DNA of 64,000 nt from Nitrospirota bacterium (GTDB lineage: Bacteria > Nitrospirota > Thermodesulfovibrionia > UBA6902): positions 7 through 64,006 of the forward strand of contig JBDLIC010000003.1 in assembly GCA_039715075.1 (NCBI GenBank), in the 5' to 3' direction. Under the pieces are notes generated by a model. The model was not told the origin of the DNA. It made no database searches and saw only the letters and a list, made by a program, of their open reading frames with translations. A program made the translations under genes and the position numbers. Below, one piece after another: positions 19,123-27,620 of this stretch (positions are counted from its first letter, which is position 1; each line of letters starts with the position of its first letter).

Positions 19123-21219
19123 CTAAATAAGCCCCAGCAGAATCTCCCTCTCCTCTATATCAACCCGTTCAATCCTTACTTTTAATTCCTTGCCTAAGGA
19201 GAAAACTCTTTTGGTACGCCGTCCAATAAGGCGGTAGTTCTTTTCGTCAAACCTGTAATAATCATCGGTCATGGAAGAAACATGAAGAAATCCCTCAACA
19301 AAGAAATCCCTGATCTGAATTTTCAGGCCGTGTGACGTCAGGCCGGTGATAATGCCTGCATATTCATAACCGACTTTGTCTTTCATGAACCATACCCTCA
19401 TTGCGCTGACTATTTCTCTTTCAGCTTCCTCTGCTGTCCGCTCGGTCTTTGAAGAATGGTCGGTAATTTCCGGGAGGAATTTATCAAGATACTGTATTTT
19501 CTTGTCAGAGAGAGTTTTCCTGCCAATGACTTCCTTAAGTATCCTGTGGACGATGAGATCTGGGTATCTTCTTATCGGTGATGTGAAATGGGTATAGCTT
19601 TCTGAAGCGAGACCGAAATGCCCGATGTTCCCGGTCGAATACTTTGCCTGTTTGAGAGAACGCAGAAGAAGGATATTCAGAATGGATTCTTCCGGCCTTC
19701 CCTTTATCTCTTTCAGAACTGACTGGAATATCCTGCCCCCCGTTTTTTTAATTTTAAGGCCGAATGCCAGAAAAATCGGCCTCAGCTCGTCCAGCTTTGC
19801 GGTGTCCGGCTTTTCGTGCACTCTGTAGACAGAAGGTACACCGGTCTCTTCAAGAAATGAAGAAACAGCCTCATTGGCAGCTATCATAAATTCCTCGATC
19901 ATCATATGCGCGAGGTTCCTCTCTGCCCGTATAATTGCCTCGGGTCTGCCCTGTATGTCCAGGAGCACCTCGGGCTCGGGCAGGTCAAAATCGAGGCTGC
20001 CCCGTTTTATGCGCTGCGTTCTCAATAAAGCACAAAGCTCTTCCATGGTTTCAAAGCTTTCGAGGAGATATGCGTACTTCTCCCTTTCATCAGGATCTTT
20101 ATCCGAGAGTATCTTCTTCACCGATGTGTAGGTCATCCTCTCATTGCTGTTTATGGTACTGGTATAGAAATCCTTCTTTGTGATGCTCCCGTTTTTATCA
20201 AAGTGCATTTCAGCAGTGAATGTAAGCCGGTCTTTCCTCCGTACAAGGCTGCAGAGATTATTTGAGATCTTTTCAGGCAGCATCGGGATCACACTGCCGG
20301 GGAAATAGACGCTCGTGCCCCTGCGCCGGGCTTCAAGATCAAGCGCAGTGTCCCATTTAATATAATGGCTGACATCGGCGATGTGTACATAAAGTACATA
20401 CCCGTTTTCTGTTTTATTGATCGAGACCGCGTCATCAAAGTCCTTTGCAGTCTCTCCGTCAATGGTAACCGTAAGCAGTTCCCGGCAGTCGACCCTGTTC
20501 CTGAGGTTTTTTTTCTCTGTGAGTTCTTTGAGTTCAGACAGGACCGGAGCAGGAAATTTGCGGGTGAATGAATACTCTTCAATGATCATGTCTATTTCCT
20601 GTGCCGGTTCACTTATATCAGGAAGGACCTTCAGTATCTTTCCTTCCGGGGGAGCGGCTGAAGTGGGGTAGGCGACTATTTCAACAGAGACAGTGTTCCC
20701 GTCCTTTGCCTTGCCCATGTTTTTGGGACTGACAGAAATGAAGAAGGGAAGCTTTTTATTCTTGGGCCGCACATAATATATCTTTCGGTCTCTGCACAGG
20801 GTCCCGATGATCTTCTTCTGTCCCCGTTCAAGAATTTTAATGATAGTGCCTTCACGCCTGACCTGGCTCTCTACACGGGCAACTACCCGGTCGCCTGACA
20901 TTGCGCCCATTGTCTTCCTCGGGGGAATGAAGATGTCCCGCTCTCCCGGCTCCTCGACAATTACAAAGCCATATCCGTCTTTGTGCGCCTCAAAGTTCCC
21001 GGAGACAAGGTTCATTTCAGTGACCGGGCCGTACAGCCCGGTCTTTGTCCTGAAAATATCACCGGACCTTGTCATGGAACGGAGGATACGCTTCAGAGAA
21101 CCGATTCTTTTTTTAATATGGAGAGCCGATGCAATCTCTTTCAGGCTGACAGGCCCGGAGGTCTTTGTCTTGAGGAATTTAAGGACAGCTTCTTTTTCTT
21201 TAATGTCTTTTGGAGTCAT
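19123..21219 (-). CDS. rnr: Ribonuclease R
   Basis: RNB catalytic domain plus C-terminal S1 domain; 698 aa. Confidence 0.9.
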   Translation of the reverse strand: MTPKDIKEKEAVLKFLKTKTSGPVSLKEIASALHIKKRIGSLKRILRSMTRSGDIFRTKTGLYGPVTEMNLVSGNFEAHKDGYGFVIVEEPGERDIFIPPRKTMGAMSGDRVVARVESQVRREGTIIKILERGQKKIIGTLCRDRKIYYVRPKNKKLPFFISVSPKNMGKAKDGNTVSVEIVAYPTSAAPPEGKILKVLPDISEPAQEIDMIIEEYSFTRKFPAPVLSELKELTEKKNLRNRVDCRELLTVTIDGETAKDFDDAVSINKTENGYVLYVHIADVSHYIKWDTALDLEARRRGTSVYFPGSVIPMLPEKISNNLCSLVRRKDRLTFTAEMHFDKNGSITKKDFYTSTINSNERMTYTSVKKILSDKDPDEREKYAYLLESFETMEELCALLRTQRIKRGSLDFDLPEPEVLLDIQGRPEAIIRAERNLAHMMIEEFMIAANEAVSSFLEETGVPSVYRVHEKPDTAKLDELRPIFLAFGLKIKKTGGRIFQSVLKEIKGRPEESILNILLLRSLKQAKYSTGNIGHFGLASESYTHFTSPIRRYPDLIVHRILKEVIGRKTLSDKKIQYLDKFLPEITDHSSKTERTAEEAEREIVSAMRVWFMKDKVGYEYAGIITGLTSHGLKIQIRDFFVEGFLHVSSMTDDYYRFDEKNYRLIGRRTKRVFSLGKELKVRIERVDIEEREILLGLI

Positions 21220-21268
21220 GAGGAATTATAGCATGAGATGCAATATCTAATTTATTAAATTTTCAATA

Positions 21269-21400
21269 CCCCACAGTTTCTGCTGTGGGGTTTCCTCTTA
21301 ATCCCCACTTTGGAAAAGGGGGGCGAGGGGGGATTTTTTAAAATAATAGTTTTTTTACCTAACGATCCCCCGCTGTCTCCGCGGCGGGGAGTCTTCATTT
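21269..21400. repeat. Hairpin cluster related to the two-hairpin element family
   Basis: ccccacag-tttctg-ctgtgggg; taatccccactttggaaaagggggg; ccccgc...gcggggagtcttca, which resembles ggcggggagcttcac of copies A and B. Confidence 0.6.
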
Positions 21401-21419
21401 GGAATTTGATAAATGGAAT

Positions 21420-22958
21420 TTATTTTTCTTTTGTTGCCCACTTGATTATCTCTTCGACCATGGCCTCAACGGTCGCTTTTTCAGGTATGATACTGACCTT
21501 CAGTCCTGCCTTTTCCACTGCCTTTGCGGTAACCGGGCCTATTACGGTTATTGCGACATCCTTAAGAAGTCCTTTCGCATCATCACCCATAATATCCATA
21601 TAGTTATTGAATGTGGCAGCACTTGTGAAGGTTGCAATAGAAATTTTCCCCTGCTTCAGAAAACGCTTAAGCCTCTTGCCATGAACCTCCGGCTTCACAA
21701 TCTTATATGCAGTAAATACATCTATCTCCCCGCCCAGTTCCCTGACTTTCTGCGGAAAAACTTCTCTGGCAATCTCAGCCCTCGGAAGAAGTATCTTTAT
21801 CCCTTTCAGGCTGTTTTCTGAAGTCTTTTCGCGATGCTCCTTCATGAAGGATTCAATCAATCCCTCTGCATTAAACTTTTCCGGAACAAGATCGACTCTT
21901 ATGCCGTACTTGTTGATTGCTGTTTCCGTCTTGGATCCGACAGCGCATATCCTGATTCCTTTCAGGTCTCTGATGTCCCTGTCTTTTTCCAGTAATCTCT
22001 GGAAGAAGAACTTAACACCGTTGACGCTTGTGAAAATCAGCCAGTCATAGGAATCTATTTTTTCCATGGACCGGTCAAGCTCTGACCAGTCGTCGGGTGG
22101 AAGTATATCTATTGTACGGAACTCTATTAATTCAGCCCCCAGATCCTCCAGCTGCTCAAATCCCTCTGTATGCTGTCTGGTGATAAGCACCCGCTGACCG
22201 AACAGAGGTTTATTTTCATACCACTTAAGGGTTTCCCTCAGTTTTACGACTTCTCCTACGACCATAACCGCAGGGGGTTTGATATCATTCTCTTTGACCA
22301 GGGCAGGGATATTTGACAAAGTGCCTGTCAGTGTTGTCTGGTCCGCCCTTGTTCCCCATCTAACTACAGCAACGGGAGTATCCGGTTTTCTGCCGTTCTC
22401 AATAAGTTTGCTGCATACCTGTGCGATATTTTTTACTGCCATCAGGAATACAATAGTACCGACCCCTGTGGCCAGCCTGGACCAGTCAATAGAGCTCTCC
22501 TTTTTTGTAACATCCTCATATCCAGGCACTACAGCAAGTGATGAGGAGTACGACCTGTGGGTCAGGGGAATACCGGCATATGCCGGAGCTGCAACTGATG
22601 AGCTGATGCCCGGAATGACTTCAAACTCGATGCCATTTTTTACAAGGACTTCTGCCTCTTCTCCGCCCCTTCCGAACACAAAGGGATCTCCCCCCTTGAG
22701 GCGGCAGACGGTTTTGCCTTCATTTGCTTTTTCAATGAGGGTTTTGTTTATATCATCCTGAGTCATATCATGCTGGCCGCCCCTTTTGCCGGCGTATATG
22801 AACTCTGCATCATGATGTACATAGTTCAGGACCTGGGCATTCAGGTGGAAGTCATAGACCACGACATCTGCCTTCTGGAGGCATTTGAATCCCTTGACCG
22901 TAAAAAGTCCGATATCTCCCGGCCCTGCGCCGACGATGTAAACTTTACCTTTTTTCAT
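21420..22958 (-). CDS. Uroporphyrinogen-III C-methyltransferase / uroporphyrinogen-III synthase fusion
   Basis: N-terminal VYIVGAGPGD SAM-methyltransferase half, C-terminal HemD-like half. Confidence 0.85.
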   Translation of the reverse strand: MKKGKVYIVGAGPGDIGLFTVKGFKCLQKADVVVYDFHLNAQVLNYVHHDAEFIYAGKRGGQHDMTQDDINKTLIEKANEGKTVCRLKGGDPFVFGRGGEEAEVLVKNGIEFEVIPGISSSVAAPAYAGIPLTHRSYSSSLAVVPGYEDVTKKESSIDWSRLATGVGTIVFLMAVKNIAQVCSKLIENGRKPDTPVAVVRWGTRADQTTLTGTLSNIPALVKENDIKPPAVMVVGEVVKLRETLKWYENKPLFGQRVLITRQHTEGFEQLEDLGAELIEFRTIDILPPDDWSELDRSMEKIDSYDWLIFTSVNGVKFFFQRLLEKDRDIRDLKGIRICAVGSKTETAINKYGIRVDLVPEKFNAEGLIESFMKEHREKTSENSLKGIKILLPRAEIAREVFPQKVRELGGEIDVFTAYKIVKPEVHGKRLKRFLKQGKISIATFTSAATFNNYMDIMGDDAKGLLKDVAITVIGPVTAKAVEKAGLKVSIIPEKATVEAMVEEIIKWATKEK

Positions 22959-23071
22959 ATTTTAAATAACCTGAATCGTGATTTTCTCAATGCGGAATGC
23001 GCTATACATGATAACATATCGTGCGAAGGTAATGCAGGGGGGGAATCGTGAATTACCCTGACCCCACTCAC

Positions 23072-23307
23072 AAAGGATAAAAAGAGATTGACGATTGACG
23101 AAGGGAAAGAGGAAAGGAAAATGACGATTGATGATCAAGGAATGACTAATGACGTTTTTTTACTTCGTAATTCGTAAATCGTCAATCGCTATTCGTCAAT
23201 TTCCGTTTATCTTTCCCGCTTCCGCACTTTTCTTTTTTTCTTGACACGTATCTATATTTTTCATACCATTGTTTTTGAAAAGGAGTGGGATTTCTTAGGC
23301 CCATTTT
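23072..23307. repeat. Island repeat unit copy 1: ~145-nt attgacg-word palindrome plus conserved ~90-nt module
   Basis: aaaggataaaaag..attgacgattgacgaa...ttcgtcaatttccgtttatcttt, then cccgcttccgcacttttctttttttcttgacac...gggatttcttaggcccatttt. Confidence 0.85.
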
Positions 23308-23349
23308 CATTGATTGATAATTGTTAATTGATTAAAAGAGGGAACGACT

Positions 23350-23793
23350 ATGGAGCAGAACCGAGCCACGCAAATCATGGAGCAAGGCTGTACTTGATCG
23401 GAGGCTGTACTCCAGGCCGTGTGCCAGGAATTTGAGATAGAGATAGAGAACGATGTCCTTTCCCGAGTTGCCTTCGGCTTCGCAGGGGGGCTCGGCAACA
23501 CGGGGGCCGTCTGCGGTGCCGTCATTGGTGCTGTCATGGCTATCGGCCTTAAGCGCGGGCGGGCTGATACAATGGAAGAAAGTCTCCGCGAATTGGCGCT
23601 GCCGCGGGAGTTTCGCCGCCGCTTCGAGGCAGAGATGGGGACCATCAGCTGCCGTGAATTGACGGGGCTGGATTTGACCACAGAGGAGGGGCTTCAGCAG
23701 CTCATGAGGTCTGACATACCCCAGACGGTCTGCTTTCCAGCGGTTAGCACAGCTTACCGGCTGGTGGTGGAACTGCTGAAGGAAACCCCTTAG
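23350..23793 (+). CDS. C_GCAxxG_C_C-family redox protein with in-frame TGA (candidate Sec) at 23395..23397
   Basis: ATG 23350 (GAGGG RBS) is in frame with track ORF 23419..23793; the TGA aligns with the first family Cys (G-x-x-C-[AS]-[EQ]-[AS]-V-L); GAVCGAV, SCREL and TVCF are present. Confidence 0.65.
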
Positions 23794-24016
23794 AAAAGGA
23801 TAAAAAGCGATTGACGAATAGCGATTGACGATTTACGAAGTAAAAAAAACGGCATTAGTCATTTTTCTTTCCTCTTTCCCTTCGTCATTCGTCATTCGCT
23901 ATTCGTCAATCGTCAATTTCCTTTTATCTTTCCCGCTTCCACACTTTTATTTTTTTCTTGACACATGCCTATATTTATAATATCCACTATTTTAGTGGGG
24001 GGGTCTTAGGCCCATT
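23794..24016. repeat. Island repeat unit copy 2 (palindrome core inverted relative to copy 1)
   Basis: 23836..23880 is the reverse complement of 23103..23167 apart from a 21-nt indel and point differences; same downstream module cccgcttccacactttt..cttgacac..gtcttaggcccatt. Confidence 0.85.
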
Positions 24017-24046
24017 AATACGTTATCTTTGAAGAAATATAATTAT

Positions 24047-24081
24047 TTGACTTCATATATAATGTGGGTTACTATAGCTAT
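24047..24081 (+). promoter_or_regulatory. Putative sigma70 promoter with overlapping palindromic operator of the RHH-mazF module
   Basis: TTGACT-N17-TACTAT; 10-bp perfect palindrome tatagctata (24072..24081) overlaps the -10. Confidence 0.45.
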
Positions 24082-24108
24082 ATATATCCACATAACTTGG
24101 AGGTGTTT

Positions 24109-24339
24109 ATGAGAACCATTCAGATGACGTTAGATGATGACCTTGTGGAAGCTGTAGACAGGCTGGCAAAGAAATTAAAAACAACCCGTTCTGCTTTTAC
24201 ACGTAAGGCCTTGCGAGAAGCCATTAAACAAGTAAATATCAGATCGCTCGAAAATAGACATAAAAGAGGTTATGAACGTTATCCCGCAGGTAAAACAGAA
24301 TTCAGAGTTTGGGAATCAGAACAAGAATGGGGCGATTAA
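24109..24339 (+). CDS. Ribbon-helix-helix (CopG/MazE-like) antitoxin
   Basis: GGAGG RBS; MRTIQMTLDDDLVEAVDRLAKKLKTTRSAFTRKALREAI is RHH-like; TAATG overlap with the toxin gene. Confidence 0.8.
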   Translation: MRTIQMTLDDDLVEAVDRLAKKLKTTRSAFTRKALREAIKQVNIRSLENRHKRGYERYPAGKTEFRVWESEQEWGD

Positions 24340-24650
24340 TGAAAAGGGGAGAAGTCAGGTGGTATAAATTCAGGAATCCTGACAAAAAACGTCCAATAGT
24401 AATACTGACAAGAGATGCAATATTAGAATATTTAGGCGAGGTCACTATAGCACCAATAACATCAACTATCAGAAACATTCCAAGCGAAGTATTGCTTTCC
24501 ACTCAGGATGGAATGAAGAATGATTGTGCCATTAACTGCGATCACATTCAAACAGTTTCAAAATCAAGAATTGGTTCATTAATTATTACCTTATCTAATG
24601 ATAAACTTATAGATCTCCGCAGCGCTATATGCTTTACATTAAGTATTTAA
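24339..24650 (+). CDS. mazF: MazF/PemK-family endoribonuclease toxin
   Basis: KRGEVRWYKF...KRPIVILT...VTIAPITST pattern; start overlaps the antitoxin stop. Confidence 0.8.
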   Translation: MKRGEVRWYKFRNPDKKRPIVILTRDAILEYLGEVTIAPITSTIRNIPSEVLLSTQDGMKNDCAINCDHIQTVSKSRIGSLIITLSNDKLIDLRSAICFTLSI

Positions 24651-24746
24651 ATAATAAAAGGAGATAACCATTAGATACTCATGAAAGCTCAGTGGTGGCA
24701 GCACCTGCTACCATTTGATATAATTATTTAGTAACTTTTTAAATAA

Positions 24747-25202
24747 ATGGGAATAAAACAACTTATAGGGCTCATAAGCATACTTCTTATTTTTCTGGGC
24801 TGTGCAACTAAATGGCATCATCTGGAAGGGCATGGTAAGGAAGTACAAAAACTTGATGTATCAAGTTGCAAAGCAGAGGCATATTCATACGCAACAGATA
24901 AATTGACCGACCCTTCACATCCAAGAGGGCCCAAAGTGTGGAAATTTGCCTTCAGACTAAATTATGACGTTCATTATCACGAATGCATGAATAACAAAGG
25001 CTGGGAGTTGGCATATTATGACGGTAATGTTAAGGATAAGCATAAGTCTGATAGCGATAATTGCACAGTTCAGGGATGGAGATACGCGAGAGATAAATTA
25101 TTCGAACCTTCGCATCCACAAGGACCCAGAGGCTGGAGATATGGCTATAAACATAATTTAAAATCTCATTATCAGGAATGTATGCAGAGCAAAGGCTGGT
25201 AA
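24747..25202 (+). CDS. Lipoprotein with internal two-fold duplication
   Basis: Lipobox IFLGC; two ~50-aa repeats each with C...DKLxxPSHPxGPxxW...HYxECMxxKGW. Confidence 0.6.
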   Translation: MGIKQLIGLISILLIFLGCATKWHHLEGHGKEVQKLDVSSCKAEAYSYATDKLTDPSHPRGPKVWKFAFRLNYDVHYHECMNNKGWELAYYDGNVKDKHKSDSDNCTVQGWRYARDKLFEPSHPQGPRGWRYGYKHNLKSHYQECMQSKGW

Positions 25203-25231
25203 AGCTGAGTAAGCTTTAAAGAATCAATTCA

Positions 25232-25285
25232 CATTAGTCATTCCTTGATCGTCAATCGTCAATTTCGTTTATCGTACCCGCTTCC
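25232..25285. repeat. Island repeat unit, partial copy
   Basis: cattagtcattccttgatcgtcaatcgtcaatttcgtttatcgtacccgcttcc; same orientation as copy 2. Confidence 0.7.
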
Positions 25286-25348
25286 TGTTTTTCGAATGTC
25301 CGAGCTTCCGGGTTGAATATAGCATGAGTACCGTGCTATCATGATAAT

Positions 25349-25642
25349 ATGATCCAGTCGTTCCGGAATAAAGGGACAGAAGATATATTTAATGGCATAA
25401 ATTCAAAGGATGTGCGAAAGATATGTCCTCAATCAATATGGAAGGTTGCTACAAGAAAGCTGGATCAACTGGATTCTGTAATAGAGCTTAATGAACTACG
25501 CATTCCCCCAAACAATAAGCTGGAGTCATTAGCAAGAGATAGAAAAGGACAATACAGCATAAGGATAAATGATCAGTATCGTATTTGTTTTATATGGAGT
25601 GATTCTGGTCCGGATAAAGTAGAAATTACTGATTATCATTGA
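25349..25642 (+). CDS. higB: HigB-family (RelE/ParE superfamily) toxin
   Basis: MIQSFRNKGTEDIF...YSIRINDQYRICF...ITDYH matches the plasmid-maintenance killer protein pattern; toxin-first gene order. Confidence 0.85.
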   Translation: MIQSFRNKGTEDIFNGINSKDVRKICPQSIWKVATRKLDQLDSVIELNELRIPPNNKLESLARDRKGQYSIRINDQYRICFIWSDSGPDKVEITDYH

Positions 25643-25664
25643 GATAATTATTAGGAGGTTAACA

Positions 25665-25982
25665 ATGGTGAGGATACCAACACATAGAGAACCGACGCAC
25701 CCGGGAGAAATGCTGCTTGAGGAGTTTCTTAATCCTATGGGCATTACTCAGAGAGAACTGGCTGAAAAGATTCATGTGCCATATCAGCGAGTAAATGAAA
25801 TCATTAATAAAAGGCGAGGCATTACACCGAGTACAGCCTTAAGGCTTGCAAAATTATTCAGAGTTTCTGAAGATTTCTGGATGAACCTTCAGTTGCGCTG
25901 GGATTTATATAAAGCAAGACTAAATGAATCAAAGGAATTGAAGGAGATTAGACCCTTAAAGCTCAAGCAGACAGCGGTTTAA
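25665..25982 (+). CDS. higA: HigA-family XRE-HTH antitoxin
   Basis: HPGEMLLEEFLNPMGITQRELAEKIHVPYQRVNEIINKRRGITPSTALRLAKLF. Confidence 0.85.
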   Translation: MVRIPTHREPTHPGEMLLEEFLNPMGITQRELAEKIHVPYQRVNEIINKRRGITPSTALRLAKLFRVSEDFWMNLQLRWDLYKARLNESKELKEIRPLKLKQTAV

Positions 25983-26033
25983 TAAAATGCCCAAGAAGGC
26001 AGTGCATTGGAACGAGTGATAAAGGGTAATTCG

Positions 26034-26150
26034 TGAATTACCCCTACACTTGAACTTACCCGCTTCCTCACTTTTCTTTTTTTCTTGACACATGCCTGTA
26101 TTTGAAATATCCTTATTTTAAGTAAAGGGGGGATTTCTTAGGCCCATTTT
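26034..26150. repeat. 20-bp palindrome plus island module copy 3
   Basis: gggtaattcgtgaattaccc, then cccgcttcctcacttttctttttttcttgacacatgcct...ggggggatttcttaggcccatttt. Confidence 0.85.
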
Positions 26151-26210
26151 CATTTATTCGTAATTCTGACCCCAAACGTTTAAAACGTTTTTTAAAAAGG
26201 AGGCGATATC

Positions 26211-26399
26211 ATGGAAGATATTCAAAAGCACACTGACTGTGATAATTTTCAAAAGCCTGAATGTCCGCATTATGACAATGGCATAATGAAGGATCTTTAT
26301 CTTATTAAGGAAGATGCCGCAAATTATTCAGGTAACTTACCTGATCGAGTTGACAATGAATTATGTAAAGAATGCTATGAATTCTCTCCTATAACTTGA
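26211..26399 (+). CDS. Small Cys4 (zinc-ribbon-like) hypothetical protein
   Basis: Strong AGGAGG RBS; Cys pairs C10/C18 and C52/C55. Confidence 0.5.
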   Translation: MEDIQKHTDCDNFQKPECPHYDNGIMKDLYLIKEDAANYSGNLPDRVDNELCKECYEFSPIT

Positions 26400-26588
26400 T
26401 GATCTTTTTAACCTGAATACAGAACGGTGAGCAATGTATGGAGTCAAATCTTTATTAGATATTTAGCAAATTCCGACATAACCTACTTGCATGCGGTGCT
26501 CCAATCCCCAAGCCGCCAGCTGATTTGGATTAAAAGGGCTGACCCCTTATCCGTTAATGGTAGAGATTAAATATAAGTGGAGGGTGAT

Positions 26589-26921
26589 ATGCAGCGTTTC
26601 AAAAAATTTATAGATCAAAGTCTTAATTCAGAAAATATAATAAACTCAGATCAATTATCTGCATTCGGGATAACATGTACAACTCTGCCGGACCCGCCGG
26701 AAGAATTTGACGAGTTTGAATTTAGAACCGGTTTTTCAGAGCAAATGGATGTTGTGATCGGGGTGGCAATAGAAATGGGGAAAGTTAAAAGGATCTTGTT
26801 GGGTTTGTCAGAAAAGAGTGACCCTGATAGTTTTATGGCTTTGTCTGAATTACAATTAGAAGAATTTTTAACGCAGAGGGGCGATCAGCTGATCGGGTTT
26901 TTTAAATTCATTACGCAATAA
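26589..26921 (+). CDS. Hypothetical protein
   Basis: GGAGGG RBS before ATG 26589; no motif recognised. Confidence 0.45.
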   Translation: MQRFKKFIDQSLNSENIINSDQLSAFGITCTTLPDPPEEFDEFEFRTGFSEQMDVVIGVAIEMGKVKRILLGLSEKSDPDSFMALSELQLEEFLTQRGDQLIGFFKFITQ

Positions 26922-26925
26922 AAAT

Positions 26926-27156
26926 ATGTCGAATGCGAAAAAGTTTATTTATAGCAATAAATTTATAGGGATTCTTCTCATCTTAACTTCTTTTATGCCT
27001 TTCATTAACGGCTTCAAAGGTGAGAGAATTGCTATCTCGGCTAGATATGGGGGCGCATTCGAAATGGAACCATGGCAAAGTATAATTATTGGATTTTGTT
27101 TTTTACTTGGCGGATTATATTTTGTAATTGATTTGAATAAAAGAAATGAAAAATGA
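26926..27156 (+). CDS. Small two-TM membrane protein
   Basis: Two hydrophobic helices; directly follows the previous ORF. Confidence 0.45.
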   Translation: MSNAKKFIYSNKFIGILLILTSFMPFINGFKGERIAISARYGGAFEMEPWQSIIIGFCFLLGGLYFVIDLNKRNEK

Positions 27157-27620
27157 GTGGCTGCGAAGGATCATATAAATCCGGTGTTAGTGAAGTTGTA
27201 CGACGTTCTGTAAGTGAAATAATAAATGAAAATATAAACATAGAGTGGACTCAAACAGGCTATAGCCGAACGGTGGACTACCCCTAGCTATAGTGCCACT
27301 CTAAGTTAGCGTTTTCCAGTAAATTCATTTTTTAAAAGGTGCACTTCTCGATAATTTATTAGGTTATGGGAGCTGGGCGCTGTTAATAGAAAATTCTTGT
27401 AGAATAGGCGGGTTTTCGTTAAAATGTAACATCTTGATTAATTGGGATTTTACAATTCTTCCCAAATTGGCAAATAGGGGAGTTTTAAACCTAATCTAAT
27501 CAGTGGATTTATTTTTGGGGTGGATGTTTGTTAATTGCATAGAGTTGAACCTACTAATTCTAAAAAAATCCGCAAAAAGCGTTATCATTAAAATAGTTTG
27601 ATAATAAATTAAGGAAATAC

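Noticed and set aside
23072-26150. Integron gene-cassette array with attC sites
   Set aside because: The cassette-like layout and palindromes are suggestive, but the conserved end is cTTAGGC rather than the GTTRRRY core. No RYYYAAC inverse core is seen, no intI is in the window, and the repeat includes a long non-palindromic module that attC sites lack.
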